60,851 nt of DNA, filler included, from 6 parts of 6 records of this genome joined end to end with filler, not necessarily neighbours in it; one strand, 5' to 3'; shown: positions 9,375-21,201, numbered from the whole stretch's first letter. Program-made: numbers and translations. The notes: generated by a model not told the origin, from the sequence alone.

Positions 9375-10544
9375 ATGCGCACCCAAGTCGCGATCATTGG
9401 CGGCGGCCCCTCGGGGCTTTTGCTCAGCCAACTGCTGCACCGCAAGGGCATCGACACAGTGGTGCTGGAACGCAAAACCAAAGACTATGTTCTGGGCCGG
9501 ATACGCGCTGGTATTCTAGAAGTCGGCTTTGTGAACCTAATGCGCGAAGCAGGGGTCGCGGACCGTATGGACAAAGAATGTTTTGCCCATGATGGCACCG
9601 TCATCTCGTTCGGGGAAACCCAATTCAACATCGATTTTAAAGAGCTAACCGGCAGTAATGTCGTTGTTTATGGCCAAACCGAAGTCACACGCGACCTCTA
9701 CGAAGCCCGCGAAGCAATGGGCGGTCATATTGTGTTCAACACAGAAAACGTGACTATTCATGGCGCGGATTCAGACGCACCACATGTCACCTATTCGGTT
9801 GATGGCACCGAACATCGGATTGATTGTGACTATGTCGCCGGGTGTGATGGGTTCCACGGCATCAGCCGCCAGACCATTCCGTTGAACATACGCAAAGAAT
9901 ACGAAAAACTGTATCCGTTTGGCTGGCTGGGCATATTGTCAGAAACCCCCCCGGTAAATCACGAACTGATCTATTCAGGGTCCGAACGCGGCTTTGCCCT
10001 GTGTTCCATGCGCAACGAAAACCTGAGCCGGTATTACATCCAATGTTCACTGTCCGATGCCCCCGAAGATTGGACCGATGACGCGTTTTGGGCCGAGCTC
10101 AAGCGCCGTATCCCCGCCGAATACGCAGACAAACTGGTAACCGGCCCCTCAATCGAGAAATCCATTGCGCCGCTCCGGTCCTTTGTCACCGAGCCGATGC
10201 GTTGGGGGCGGTTGTTTCTGTGCGGGGACGCGGCCCATATTGTGCCGCCCACCGGCGCAAAGGGGTTGAACACCGCCGCCAGTGATATCCACTATTTGTA
10301 CAAAGGACTGGTCAAAATGTACGAAACAGGCGACAGCACAGGCATCGACCAATATTCAGAAAAAGCATTGGCGCGCATCTGGAAGGCCGAGCGGTTCAGC
10401 TGGTCCACGACAAACCTGTTGCATCGTTTTCCCGACCAGAATGCATTTGATCTGAAGATGCAAAAGGCCGATGTCGATTTTCTGCGTGAAAACCGCGAAG
10501 CGCAATCAGTCTTTGCCCAGAACTATGTGGGGTTGCCGTACTGA
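9375..10544 (+). CDS. pobA: 4-hydroxybenzoate 3-monooxygenase
   Basis: IIGGGPSGL, RIRAGILE, AGCDGFHG, GDAAHIVPPTGAKGLN, C-terminal NYVGLPY. Confidence 0.97.
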   Translation: MRTQVAIIGGGPSGLLLSQLLHRKGIDTVVLERKTKDYVLGRIRAGILEVGFVNLMREAGVADRMDKECFAHDGTVISFGETQFNIDFKELTGSNVVVYGQTEVTRDLYEAREAMGGHIVFNTENVTIHGADSDAPHVTYSVDGTEHRIDCDYVAGCDGFHGISRQTIPLNIRKEYEKLYPFGWLGILSETPPVNHELIYSGSERGFALCSMRNENLSRYYIQCSLSDAPEDWTDDAFWAELKRRIPAEYADKLVTGPSIEKSIAPLRSFVTEPMRWGRLFLCGDAAHIVPPTGAKGLNTAASDIHYLYKGLVKMYETGDSTGIDQYSEKALARIWKAERFSWSTTNLLHRFPDQNAFDLKMQKADVDFLRENREAQSVFAQNYVGLPY

Positions 10545-10589
10545 TGTATTTCCTCAATTTCAAACCGGGGCATTCTTACAGGAGACATC

Positions 10590-11742
<1,153 letters not shown>

Positions 11743-11743
<1 letters not shown>

Positions 11744-12363
11744 TGTCTCAGGACCTGAATTATCTCAAAGAAACCCCCTCGCAAACCGCCGGACCCTATG
11801 TGCACATCGGGTTGGCGCCGGGTGCTGCCGGGTTTGACATCTATCGTCAAGAGTTGGGATGGGACATTTGCGGCCCGAATGCCAATGGGGAGCGCATCCG
11901 GATTGAAGGGGTCGTGATTGATGGCACCGGATCGCCCATCAAAGATGTGCTGCTAGAGGCGTGGCAGGCCAATGCCGCAGGCATTTATGCCCACCCCGAA
12001 GGCGGCGGAGACGTCGAAGACAGATTTCGCGGGTGGGGGCGTGTCATTACCGATTTTGAAACCGGTGAATGGGGGTTCGACACGGTCAAACCCGGCCCAA
12101 CGCGCGGACGCAATGTTGGGATGCAGGCCCCTCATATCAATCTTTGGATCGTGGCGCGGGGTATCAATGTCGGGCTGAACACCCGCATCTATTTCGAGGA
12201 TGAAATGGACGCCAATGCAGCCGATCCAGTGCTGAACCTGATCGAATGGGAACGCCGCCGTGCCACCCTGATTGCCAAACGGTCCGACCGGGATGGCCAG
12301 ATCGTTTATCGGTTTGATGTCCGACTGCAAAGCGAAGACGAAACCGTCTTTTTCGACATCTAA
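11743..12363 (+). CDS. pcaG: Protocatechuate 3,4-dioxygenase alpha subunit
   Basis: ETPSQTAGPYVHIGL, APHI, ARGIN, C-terminal ETVFFDI; coupled to pcaH. Confidence 0.96.
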
Positions 12364-12518
12364 AACACGCGGTCCGCCAGCCCAAGACAAAGGTAGGCGG
12401 ACCAAACAGACAATGTTGACCGGTGGCACACTGCCCACCCCCCCAAGAACCTTAGTCACAAACAAAAAACCAGCAATCAGCACTGATTGTTGACCTGCGT
12501 ACCTTTTAGCATTACGAA

Positions 12519-12528
12519 CTGTATACAG
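12519..12528. promoter_or_regulatory. Candidate GntR (FCD) operator
   Basis: Perfect palindrome CTGTATACAG 35 nt upstream of the ThDP enzyme; related GGTATACAA upstream of the gntR gene. Confidence 0.5.
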
Positions 12529-12563
12529 CTCTTAACGCAATTCGAGAACGCAGAGGTCACACC

Positions 12564-14297
12564 GTGAACGAGACAACTCCAAACACCTTAAACGGTGCGC
12601 AGATCATTTTGAAAATGCTTGAACTTCATGGCGTTAAACACGTTTTTGGTCTGCCTGGGGAAACCACAATCGGCTGGTACAAGGAATGGCGCGAACATTC
12701 CGACATCGAATATGTGCTGACTCGGGACGAACGCACCGCCTCGTACGCGGCCGAGGCCTATGCCAAAATCACTGGCCGCCCCTGCGTTCTCGAGGCGCCA
12801 AGCCCTGGCGTAACACATTGCTCCCCCGGCATTACCGAAGCTTATCTCAGCTCTGTTCCTGTAATTTTCTTCAGCTCAGACATCCCAATCAATCAGGACA
12901 AAAAGCACGGCCTGACCGGCGTGGACCAATCCGCGTTGTATGACAGCATTTGCAAAGAGTCCTTTGTGCTGACCAACGCCAAGGACATCCCATTTCTGCT
13001 ACGGCGTGCGTTCCGCGTGGCGACCTCGGGCCGTCCTGCGCCTGTGCACATTCGCGTCCCGATCAATGTGTTTCTTGAAGAGGCCGAGATCAGCGACCTT
13101 TACGCCGAAAGCGATTACAGCGTTTACCCGGCGCACCGGCCCGTCGCCGATCACAGCAAGATCAAAGCCGCAGTTGAGGTTTTGCTCGCTGCCGAAAAGC
13201 CGGTCATTGTCTGCGGCCAAGGTGGGTTGATTTCCAAAGCGACGGACGCGCTGCTTGAGCTGGCTGAATTGCTGCAAATCCCAGTTGGAACCACAACGCC
13301 GGGCAAAGGCACCATTCCCGAAAACCACCCCTTGGCGCTGCGCGTGATCGGTGGTCGGGGCGGCATGGAGTATTCCAACCGCTATGTCCGCGAGGCGGAT
13401 ACCGTGTTCTTCATCGGAACAAACACCGACAGTGCCGCAACCGATCATTGGAAGCTGTACGGTGATCCAAATACGAAAACGTTCATGCATCTCGATATCG
13501 CCGAGGCCCATGTCGGCAATAATTTCCCAGTCAAAATCGGGCTGGTTGGCGATGCGCGCGCCAGCTTGGAATACATGGTCGAAATCATCAAAAAAGATCA
13601 CCCAACCCTGCAGCGTGATGCGGTCGATCTGAACCCGATTAAGAAGACCGCGTTGGATAAAGTGTTCAATTCCAACATTCCCATGCCCGAAGGGACTGTA
13701 TCACCTGTCAAGCTAAGCCAAGCGTTGGACAAAGTCCTGCCGGCAAATGCCATTGTGACGTCCGAACCCGGCGTCAGTGCGATCTACCCTTCAGCCTTGC
13801 TGACCATCAAAGAGGCCGGGCGACGCTATATCACCAACTATTCCATGGGCGCGTTGGGCTATTCGGTTCCTGCAGCTTTGGGGGCGTCTTATGCCTCGGA
13901 CGGGCCGATCATTTCGTTTACCGGGGACGGCTCGTTTGGATTTGTGATGGGCGATATGGAAACCATCCGACGCAGCAACAAAAACGTGACCGTCATCCTG
14001 ACCCGCAATGACGCCTTTGGCTGGATCCGGGGCGAAGCCCTGTTGCTGGACGATGTGGACGAACCCTGGTCGACTGATTTCGGATCTGTCGATTACATCA
14101 AACTGGCTGAGGCCTTTGGCTTTAAAACCGCACGGATCACCAACCCGGATGATATCGAGGCGATCCTGCAGGATGCAATCGACCATCCCGGTGCCAGCTT
14201 TATCGAAATGATGGTGCCAACGCAGGACAAGATCATCCCGTTTGTTCCCAATTGGGTGCGCGCGGCCAAAGCAAAGAACCTGCCCTATTTCGAATAA
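12564..14297 (+). CDS. Thiamine diphosphate-dependent enzyme (acetolactate synthase/POX family), substrate unknown
   Basis: VFGLPGE, catalytic RDE, SGRPAPVH, ThDP motif GDGS...RNDAFG. Confidence 0.85.
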   Translation: MNETTPNTLNGAQIILKMLELHGVKHVFGLPGETTIGWYKEWREHSDIEYVLTRDERTASYAAEAYAKITGRPCVLEAPSPGVTHCSPGITEAYLSSVPVIFFSSDIPINQDKKHGLTGVDQSALYDSICKESFVLTNAKDIPFLLRRAFRVATSGRPAPVHIRVPINVFLEEAEISDLYAESDYSVYPAHRPVADHSKIKAAVEVLLAAEKPVIVCGQGGLISKATDALLELAELLQIPVGTTTPGKGTIPENHPLALRVIGGRGGMEYSNRYVREADTVFFIGTNTDSAATDHWKLYGDPNTKTFMHLDIAEAHVGNNFPVKIGLVGDARASLEYMVEIIKKDHPTLQRDAVDLNPIKKTALDKVFNSNIPMPEGTVSPVKLSQALDKVLPANAIVTSEPGVSAIYPSALLTIKEAGRRYITNYSMGALGYSVPAALGASYASDGPIISFTGDGSFGFVMGDMETIRRSNKNVTVILTRNDAFGWIRGEALLLDDVDEPWSTDFGSVDYIKLAEAFGFKTARITNPDDIEAILQDAIDHPGASFIEMMVPTQDKIIPFVPNWVRAAKAKNLPYFE

Positions 14298-14318
14298 GGC
14301 AGGCCCCGCGATCCGGCC

Positions 14319-15074
14319 TTAAAAGAGGCCGGATCGTGGATCATCAAGATCCAAGGGAAACCGGCTTGGGATCAGACCTTGATGGAACCAGTTCACAAAG
14401 GAATGGATTGAAAACACCGGCAAGCCGGTCACTTTTCTAACGTCGAGCGCATAGGGCGTCATGTTCGTACATTCCAGCACAATAGCCCCCACATCGCGAT
14501 CCGTTTCGACGATCTGACGTGCCGCATCAATCATATCCTGACGACAGGCTTCGAAATCGATGGCTTCGTGATCATCCAGAATACTGCGGGTAAAGGTGTG
14601 GCCCTCGTCGGTCCCGAAAATGGGAACCTCGTCCAGATTTTTAACCCCTGCCGCACGTAAGTGCGCAGGCGTCAGCGTATTTTTTGAAATGGTCAGAACG
14701 GCCACTTTTTTATCCGGCGCAAGCAGCGCCTGAACCATCGGGATCTGCATCAAAGATGAGGTGGCCACAGGCACAGGCACGGCCTTGGAAATACGCTCTT
14801 GGGTCAGTGCCAGAAAGCCACAATTCGTGGTGATCCCATCACATCCAGATTCAACCAACTCGTTCGCGGCGGCGATGAAATCATCCACCAACAGCATCGG
14901 ATCCTGACGCACAACTTTGTCCGGGCTTGCCCCTTTGACGACCCTGTACTGCACTGGAAACGACCACGTCGTCGCATTGCCAATATCACCAAAAATACGA
15001 GGGAACCGTGCTTCGAGCATCAGGATGCCCAACGCCGCCCCGTAAACAGATTTACCGCCATATACCATTGTCAT
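14319..15074 (-). CDS. Asp/Glu/hydantoin racemase family protein
   Basis: Two-cysteine motifs ITTNCGFL and LECTNM; GDIGNATTW. Confidence 0.85.
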   Translation of the reverse strand: MTMVYGGKSVYGAALGILMLEARFPRIFGDIGNATTWSFPVQYRVVKGASPDKVVRQDPMLLVDDFIAAANELVESGCDGITTNCGFLALTQERISKAVPVPVATSSLMQIPMVQALLAPDKKVAVLTISKNTLTPAHLRAAGVKNLDEVPIFGTDEGHTFTRSILDDHEAIDFEACRQDMIDAARQIVETDRDVGAIVLECTNMTPYALDVRKVTGLPVFSIHSFVNWFHQGLIPSRFPLDLDDPRSGLF

Positions 15075-15098
15075 GATGTGATACCTTTTCAGGGTCTT

Positions 15099-15761
15099 TT
15101 ATTGCTGAGGGACGTAAAGATGCGTGTAAGCCTTGCCTACAATCTCGGTCGCTTCTGCGTTGTGTTTCTTGATGTGATCGCTCATCCGGGCCACGGCAGC
15201 ATCCGCATCACGTGCGGCGATCGCCTCAAAAATGTGCATGTGAGCCGCATGGGTAATGTCGATCTTTTCGCGCATCGCGATCCAGCGGACATAGCGAATG
15301 CGCTCATAAGTCAGTTCTATCATGTTGACCAATTCGGGGTTTCCCGACAGCTTGGCGATCATCAGGTGAAACTGTTCATCCAGTGCAACGATTTCCCGCG
15401 TTGGGGTTCCGTCTGTATAGCGACCTGCCGTATCCAGAATAAACTGTTGCAGCTCGGCAATCTGGTCATCGCTTGCCCGCTCGACCGCGGCGCGAATGGC
15501 AGCGGTTTCCAGCGCCTCGCGCAACTCATACAGGTTCACAACCAGTTGCGGATTGAGCGGCTGGCAGAAAAACCCACGCCCCGCCTCAAACATCAACAGC
15601 CCTTCGGCGGTCAACCGGTTCATCGCCTCGCGTAGCGGTGTGCGACTTGCGCCAAGCCGTTTGGACAGCTCACTTTCGTTGATGCGCTCTGCTGGCTTGA
15701 ATTCAAAATTGGCCGCCATGTGACGCACTTGCTCGTACACCAAATCAACGCTTGTGCTCAT
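15099..15761 (-). CDS. GntR family regulator (FCD domain)
   Basis: LGASRTPLREAMNRL HTH, LYELREALE, DEQFH, C-terminal His ligands. Confidence 0.92.
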   Translation of the reverse strand: MSTSVDLVYEQVRHMAANFEFKPAERINESELSKRLGASRTPLREAMNRLTAEGLLMFEAGRGFFCQPLNPQLVVNLYELREALETAAIRAAVERASDDQIAELQQFILDTAGRYTDGTPTREIVALDEQFHLMIAKLSGNPELVNMIELTYERIRYVRWIAMREKIDITHAAHMHIFEAIAARDADAAVARMSDHIKKHNAEATEIVGKAYTHLYVPQQ

Positions 15762-15849
15762 GTTGGGTCATGTCCTCGATTGATCAGTTTCTTTCTGACA
15801 GGGCAGAGAGAAATGTCAATTGATTTGCGGACAATCTTGAATTCTTGTC

Positions 15850-15858
15850 GGTATACAA
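15850..15858. promoter_or_regulatory. Candidate GntR autoregulatory site
   Basis: GGTATACAA about 90 nt upstream of gntR, sharing the GTATACA core with 12519-12528. Confidence 0.4.
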
Positions 15859-15962
15859 TTCTGAAAACACGTCGATCCAAAGGGCCTTTCCCACAAATAG
15901 ATACGGCGACGTTGATCCGTCGCCGTTCTGGTCGCTCTCATTCCTGCATCCCAAAGGGCGTA

Positions 15963-17573
15963 TTAGATCCGCATACGCGGTACATCGTTTGGATCAATGC
16001 GCAGTTCAATCAGCACGGGCCCCTTACGGGTCTCAAGCGCAGAAATCGCGACTTCCAAATCCTCGGCAGACTGTACTTCGATGCCCTGCCCGCCCAGTGA
16101 TGTGGCGATCTCAGCAAAAGACGGCCAATCGAACTGTGTCAGGCTTGGATCCATTTTCCTGTCGAGGAATTGGATATGTTCCGCACCATAAGCTGAATCG
16201 TTGGCAACAATCACAATCAAGTCCAGACCAAGACGCACGGCGGTGTTGAATTCATTGATCCCGCCCATCATGAATCCCCCATCGCCACTAAAGACGACCA
16301 CAGGCCGGTCCGGTGCGGCCACCCCTGCACCGATGGCTTCTTGGATGCCTAACCCAATGGAGCCAAAGTTCGCGGTTACAACAAAACTCTGCGGATCAGG
16401 GGTGGAAATACGGCACCACACCTCGGTCATGAACCGTCCACCGTCCGTGACCAGAATGCGGTCAGTTGGCAGCGTTTGTTCAAACCGTTCCAGCGCCTGC
16501 ACATAATTCACAAAACCATCTGTCGTTTTGTCTGATCCCGTTGGATGCGCCGTAAGGGTTTCGATGTCCAACTCGCGGGTAAACCCGCTCGCAGGGATTT
16601 CTGCCTCGTCCAACCAATATAGGATTGTTTCAGCGGTCAAACCTGAATCCGCCACCAAAGCCGCGTCAGGGTGCAACCCCCCACCAATCGCGGTGGGTTC
16701 GATATCTACCTGAATAATGCGCTTATCTTTCATCAACTTACCACGGTCAGTGGTAAAGTCATGCAACGCAGTCCCAAAACAAATGATACAATCGGACTGG
16801 GCAATCAGCTCATAAGCCGCGGGCGTTGAAAGCGTGCCGAAAATATCAATGTTATAGGGATGGTCGTTGAATAACCCCTTGGCTTTTAACGTGGTTGCAA
16901 GGGGGGCTTCCAACCTGTCGGCAAGTTTGACCAGCTGATCGCGCGCGCCAACAGCACCGGCACCCGCCAAAAGCAAGGGACGACGTGCGGAGGCGATCAT
17001 GCCAATCGCCTCGTCCAGAATATCGCCCTGTGCGACACCTCCCGGAGCGGTGAAAACATCCAGAACATACTTGTCGAGCTCAGTTTCCTGCCACATGAAA
17101 TCGGCTGGCATATTCACAACGATCGGGCGGCGTTCGACCTGCGCACGGTAAAACGCGCGTCCGATGTCTTTGCTCACGGTGTCGGGTGCGCGCACCTGCT
17201 CAAAGCCCGCACCGGTGGTTTTCACCAATTCGCGTTGATCAATGCCTTGCAAGTGGCGTGGGTTCGCGACTGGGGTATCACCCGCAAGCAAAACCATAGG
17301 AACGTGACCCCGCACCCCTTCGGTCAGCGCCGTGATACAATTCGTCAGCGCCGGACCATGGGTAACCGACGCCACGCCGACCTTGCCAGCCACATGTGCA
17401 TAGGCCAAAGCCATCAGGACTGAGCTGCCCTCGTGCGCTGCAGGCACAAATCGGCCGCCGCAATCGCGCACAAAACTATCTACCATGAATAAGTTGGCGT
17501 CGCCCATCAGCCCGAACATCGTCGCTGCCCCATGATCAGCAACGGATCGCGCAATAGATTGATAGACGTGCAT
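15963..17573 (-). CDS. Second ThDP-dependent enzyme, substrate unknown
   Basis: FGLMGDANL, AHEG, THGPALTN, ThDP motif GDGG...ANDSAYG; start at MHVYQS. Confidence 0.85.
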   Translation of the reverse strand: MHVYQSIARSVADHGAATMFGLMGDANLFMVDSFVRDCGGRFVPAAHEGSSVLMALAYAHVAGKVGVASVTHGPALTNCITALTEGVRGHVPMVLLAGDTPVANPRHLQGIDQRELVKTTGAGFEQVRAPDTVSKDIGRAFYRAQVERRPIVVNMPADFMWQETELDKYVLDVFTAPGGVAQGDILDEAIGMIASARRPLLLAGAGAVGARDQLVKLADRLEAPLATTLKAKGLFNDHPYNIDIFGTLSTPAAYELIAQSDCIICFGTALHDFTTDRGKLMKDKRIIQVDIEPTAIGGGLHPDAALVADSGLTAETILYWLDEAEIPASGFTRELDIETLTAHPTGSDKTTDGFVNYVQALERFEQTLPTDRILVTDGGRFMTEVWCRISTPDPQSFVVTANFGSIGLGIQEAIGAGVAAPDRPVVVFSGDGGFMMGGINEFNTAVRLGLDLIVIVANDSAYGAEHIQFLDRKMDPSLTQFDWPSFAEIATSLGGQGIEVQSAEDLEVAISALETRKGPVLIELRIDPNDVPRMRI

Positions 17574-17752
17574 ATTGGTTCCCATGGGGGTTCGCTCCTA
17601 CTGTGTTACAAGGTCAGATACCCGAGAACCCATGCGTGAAATGCGCAAACTTTGCAGCTTAATAGACAAATCCCGCGTAAATATCACAACAATGCCACAT
17701 GAAGCGCGCGAAACACGCAGAAAGCCGCAAATCAACCCAACACGCGGGCTGC

Positions 17753-18181
17753 TTATTCCCCAATATTGTCATGATCCGTCAGGCATTCGGAATGATCGCG
17801 CAGCACATCCAGAACCCGACAATCCCCAGCTTGCCCGCCTGCGCATTCCGCAATCATCCGCTGTAATTCCTGCTCCAACGCCTGCAGCCTCAGTATGCGC
17901 TGTTGGACTTGTAACAACTGCTGCTGTGCGATGGAATCCGCCTGTGAACAGGGTTGCTCGGGATTGTCAGCCAAACCCAGCAGATCGCGAATGGCGTCGA
18001 GCGAAAACCCCAACTGCCGCCCATGACGCACAAAGGCCAGCCGGTCCAGATCACTCTGAAGATAACGCCGCTGTCCACCCGCCGTGCGCCCGGGTTCGCG
18101 CAACAAGCCAATCTGTTCATAGTATCTAATGGTCTGAACTTTGGTCCCGGTTTTGCGGGACAGCGTGCCGATTGTGAGCAT
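17753..18181 (-). CDS. MerR family metal-responsive regulator (CadR/ZntR-like)
   Basis: TIRYYEQIGLL, GFSLDAIRDLL, three Cys (QPC, AEC, GDC). Confidence 0.92.
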   Translation of the reverse strand: MLTIGTLSRKTGTKVQTIRYYEQIGLLREPGRTAGGQRRYLQSDLDRLAFVRHGRQLGFSLDAIRDLLGLADNPEQPCSQADSIAQQQLLQVQQRILRLQALEQELQRMIAECAGGQAGDCRVLDVLRDHSECLTDHDNIGE

Positions 18182-18185
18182 GAAA

Positions 18186-18203
18186 ACCTCTAGTCTCTGT
18201 ACC
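18186..18203 (-). promoter_or_regulatory. Second MerR operator-like copy just upstream of the merR start
   Basis: Minus-strand GGTACAGAGACTAGAGGT matches 15 of 18 nt of the operator at 18324-18341. Confidence 0.55.
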
Positions 18204-18318
18204 TATCAGACCTAACCACCCAATCCGTCAGATCAAGGCAAATTTGGCCAACCTTACCTTTCCATCTGTGCGAACAGGGCAATCCCCTCGCCCCCAAAAG
18301 AAAAGTAAAAAAAACCTC

Positions 18319-18349
18319 TTGAAGCTACAGCGGCTAGAGGTCCTATCTA
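18319..18349 (+). promoter_or_regulatory. MerR-type promoter/operator of the metal ATPase
   Basis: TTGAAG, 19-bp spacer holding the imperfect dyad CTACAGCGGCTAGAG, then TATCTA; a 19-bp spacer is the MerR hallmark. Confidence 0.75.
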
Positions 18350-18379
18350 GGCTAGGAACATCCATTCCGGAGCTTTTCC

Positions 18380-19081
18380 ATGCCTGATGACGGGTCTTTG
18401 ACCGCCCCACACACCGCGTGCAACAGTTGCTGCGGCAGCGACGCACAGATCACAAACCCAATCTCCAAACCCGGTATTGGGCGCAGTTTCCGCGTCGCCG
18501 GGTTAGATTGCGCCGAAGAAGTCGCAATCCTGAACGAAGTTCTAGCCAAGGATCTAGGCGGCGAAGAGCATCTGGCGTTTGACGTCATCAACGCGCGCAT
18601 GACGATCTTGGAGTCTGCCATTGCAATGCCGGACGATGAAATCCTCAAGCGCGTGGCCTCAACAGGGCTGAGCGCCAAGCCGTGGGATGATCAATCCGCC
18701 GACGCGGACCATACCGCCCACCTGAAACGGCAGAAACAGTTTACCATCCTCTCTGCGGGGTTCTGGGCCACTGGATTGATCTATCACATGATTGAAACCG
18801 GGCTGGTTGGTGGATTGTCCATCTTTTCCGGTCATGGCGAGACCCCGATGCCCGTAGTCGAAATCAGCCTGTTCCTGCTTGCCATCCTCTTTGGCGCATG
18901 GCTGGTCGCGCCCAAAGCTTGGTCCTCTGCACGCCGTCTGTCCCCGGATATGAACCTGTTGATGATGGTCGCTGTCGGTGGCGCGATTATCTTGGGCGAA
19001 TATTTTGAGGCCGCAACCGTTGCCTTTCTGTTTGCTTTGTCGTTGACCTTAGAAAGCTGGAGCGTCGGACGGGCGCGCAAT
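18380..19081 (+). CDS. Heavy-metal translocating P1B-type ATPase (CadA/ZntA-like), N-terminal part (partial)
   Basis: CNSCCG, HMA-like GLDCAEE, DMNLLM...GEYFEAA, LESWS; divergent from MerR. Confidence 0.88.
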
Positions 19082-19181
19082 NNNNNNNNNNNNNNNNNNN
19101 NNNNNNNNNNNNNNNNNNNNNNNNNTTAATTAATTAANNNNNNNNNNNNNNNNNNNNNNNNNNNNNNNNNNNNNNNNNNNN
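19082..19181. other. Artificial contig linker
   Basis: N44-TTAATTAATTAA-N44. Confidence 0.99.
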
Positions 19182-20224
19182 AATTCCGGCTCGCGGATAA
19201 AGCACGACACCAGCGCACAGCCCCCGGTCAGCAGGTCTTCGCGGGTGATTTGGGTGGCCTTGCGGTTGTTGATCAGCTCGCCATAGGCGCGGATGCCTTT
19301 CAGGATGGCGGCCCAGAAACCGGCCTCGTGGGTGCCGCCCTCGGGGGTGGGGACGGTGTTACAGTAAGACTGGATGAACCCATCGCGTGCGGGGGTCCAG
19401 TTGATGGCCCATTCCACCTTGCCGGGTGTGTTGAATTTTTCCTGAAAATCCACCGTGCCGGCAAAGGGGCGATCGGCATAGGTGCTGGCGTTGCCCAGGG
19501 TTTCTTTCAGGTAATCGGCCAGACCACCGGGAAAGTGAAACGTGGCCTCGCTGGGGGTTTCGCCATCGGCGATGGCCGATTTCCAGCGAATTTCCACACC
19601 CGAAAACAAATAGGCCTTCGAGCGCACCATTTTCAAAAGCCGCGCGGGTTTGAACCGGTGGCTGCCAAAAATTTGCTCGTCGGCGTGAAATGTCACCGTG
19701 GTGCCGCGGCGGTTGGGGGCTGTGCCCAGCTTTGCCACCGGGCCCAGCGGCGTGCCGCGCGAAAAACGCTGTTCGTAAAGCTCTTTGTTGCGGGCCACTT
19801 GCACGATCATGCTGTCTGATAGCGCATTCACAACCGAGGCACCCACCCCGTGCAAGCCCCCCGATGTTTGATAGGCTTTGCCCGAAAATTTACCCCCCGC
19901 ATGCAAGGTGCATAAAATCACCTCGAGGGCGGATTTATCGGGAAATTTTGGATGCGGGTCGATCGGGATGCCGCGGCCATTGTCGCGAATGGTGACCGAG
20001 TGATCGGCGTGCAACTCCACCTCGATGCGGTTGGCATGGCCTGCCACGGCCTCGTCCATCGAATTGTCCAGCACCTCGGCCACCATATGGTGCAGCGCGC
20101 GTTCATCGGTGCCGCCAATATACATGCCGGGGCGTTTGCGTACCGGTTCCAGGCCTTCCAAAACCTCGATCGATGAGGCGTTATAATCGCTGTCTTGCTG
20201 GGCGGAAAGAAGATCGTCGGCCAT
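19182..20224 (-). CDS. parE: DNA topoisomerase IV subunit B (3' end cut)
   Basis: LEPVRKRPGMYIG, DNSMDEA, SGGLHGVGASVVNALS; EPV and SALEVILCTLH favour ParE over GyrB. Confidence 0.92.
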
Positions 20225-20319
20225 ATGTGCTGCTCTTTATTTTGCTGGCCGCCACTATGGCAGAGCGCGGGCCCGGGGAAAAGGGTTTGCGAACCCCGCC
20301 CGGGGTAAATGCCGTGTGT

Positions 20320-21201
20320 CTAGGGGTGTTGGGCCAGCCACCGGGTGATTTCGCGCGCCAGTTCCGCCGGTTTTTGATGGTGCAGCCAATGATCGGCGCC
20401 TTTGATGGTGCGGCGCGTCAATTCTGGGCAAAACGCCTCCAGGCCTTCGGTGGCTTCGGGCAAAAGGGCGGTGTCATTTTCGCCCCATAACAGCAGATGT
20501 GGCACGCGCACCTGCAGCCGGTCGCGGGGCAGGGCGGGCAGATCGGTGACAGGGGCGCCGGGTTTTGCCACCACCAGCGGCGAGGCGCGATACCAGTTCA
20601 GCATGCCGCGCAACCGCCCCGGGCGGGCCCATTCCTGCTGATAGGCCTGCAATTTCGCGCCATCAAGCCAGGCCATATCCATATGGGCGGCAAAGAGGCC
20701 GGACAGGCGGGCAAAATTGTTTTCTTGTAGCCGCGCCTCGGTGCCTTCGGTGCGTAGCCAGTTAATATATTGCGAGGCGGCCGTTTGTGCGCCCCCTGCG
20801 GCCAAAGCCTGTTGAAACGGGGCGGGGTGCACGCCGTTCATCACGATCAGGTGCTTTACCAATTCAGGGCGGAACATGGCCAAGCCATAGGCCACAGCCG
20901 AGCCCCAATCGTGCCCCAGCACGGTCACAGGGCCCAGCCCCAATGCGCCAATCAGCGCGGCTATATCGCCCACCAATTTGCTGGTGGCATATTCGGCCAC
21001 GGCGCTGGGTGCCCAGCTTTGGCCATAGCCACGCTGATCGGGGGCGATGATGTGGTGGTGGGGCAATTGGGTGGCCAGCTCGTCCCACGCGCCGCTATAT
21101 TCGGGAAAGCCGTGCAACATCAAAATCATTGGGCCATCTGTGGGGCCCCAGCTGCGATAGAAAAAACTTTGCCCATTCAGGCTGATCTGTGTGCCGCGCA
21201 T
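20320..21201 (-). CDS. Alpha/beta hydrolase, epoxide-hydrolase-like
   Basis: HGFPE, DQRGYG, GHDWG (Asp nucleophile), NWYRA, ADHW. Confidence 0.88.
   Translation of the reverse strand: MRGTQISLNGQSFFYRSWGPTDGPMILMLHGFPEYSGAWDELATQLPHHHIIAPDQRGYGQSWAPSAVAEYATSKLVGDIAALIGALGLGPVTVLGHDWGSAVAYGLAMFRPELVKHLIVMNGVHPAPFQQALAAGGAQTAASQYINWLRTEGTEARLQENNFARLSGLFAAHMDMAWLDGAKLQAYQQEWARPGRLRGMLNWYRASPLVVAKPGAPVTDLPALPRDRLQVRVPHLLLWGENDTALLPEATEGLEAFCPELTRRTIKGADHWLHHQKPAELAREITRWLAQHP

Noticed and set aside
12364..12480. REP-like fragments (GTAGG..., GCCCACC) after pcaG, and CCCGACC near 54465
   Set aside because: No complete stem and no repeated copy in the window; too weak to call
12564..14297. Calling the ThDP enzymes ilvB/ilvI
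   Set aside because: No small regulatory subunit or ilvC nearby, motifs are divergent, and the context is catabolic
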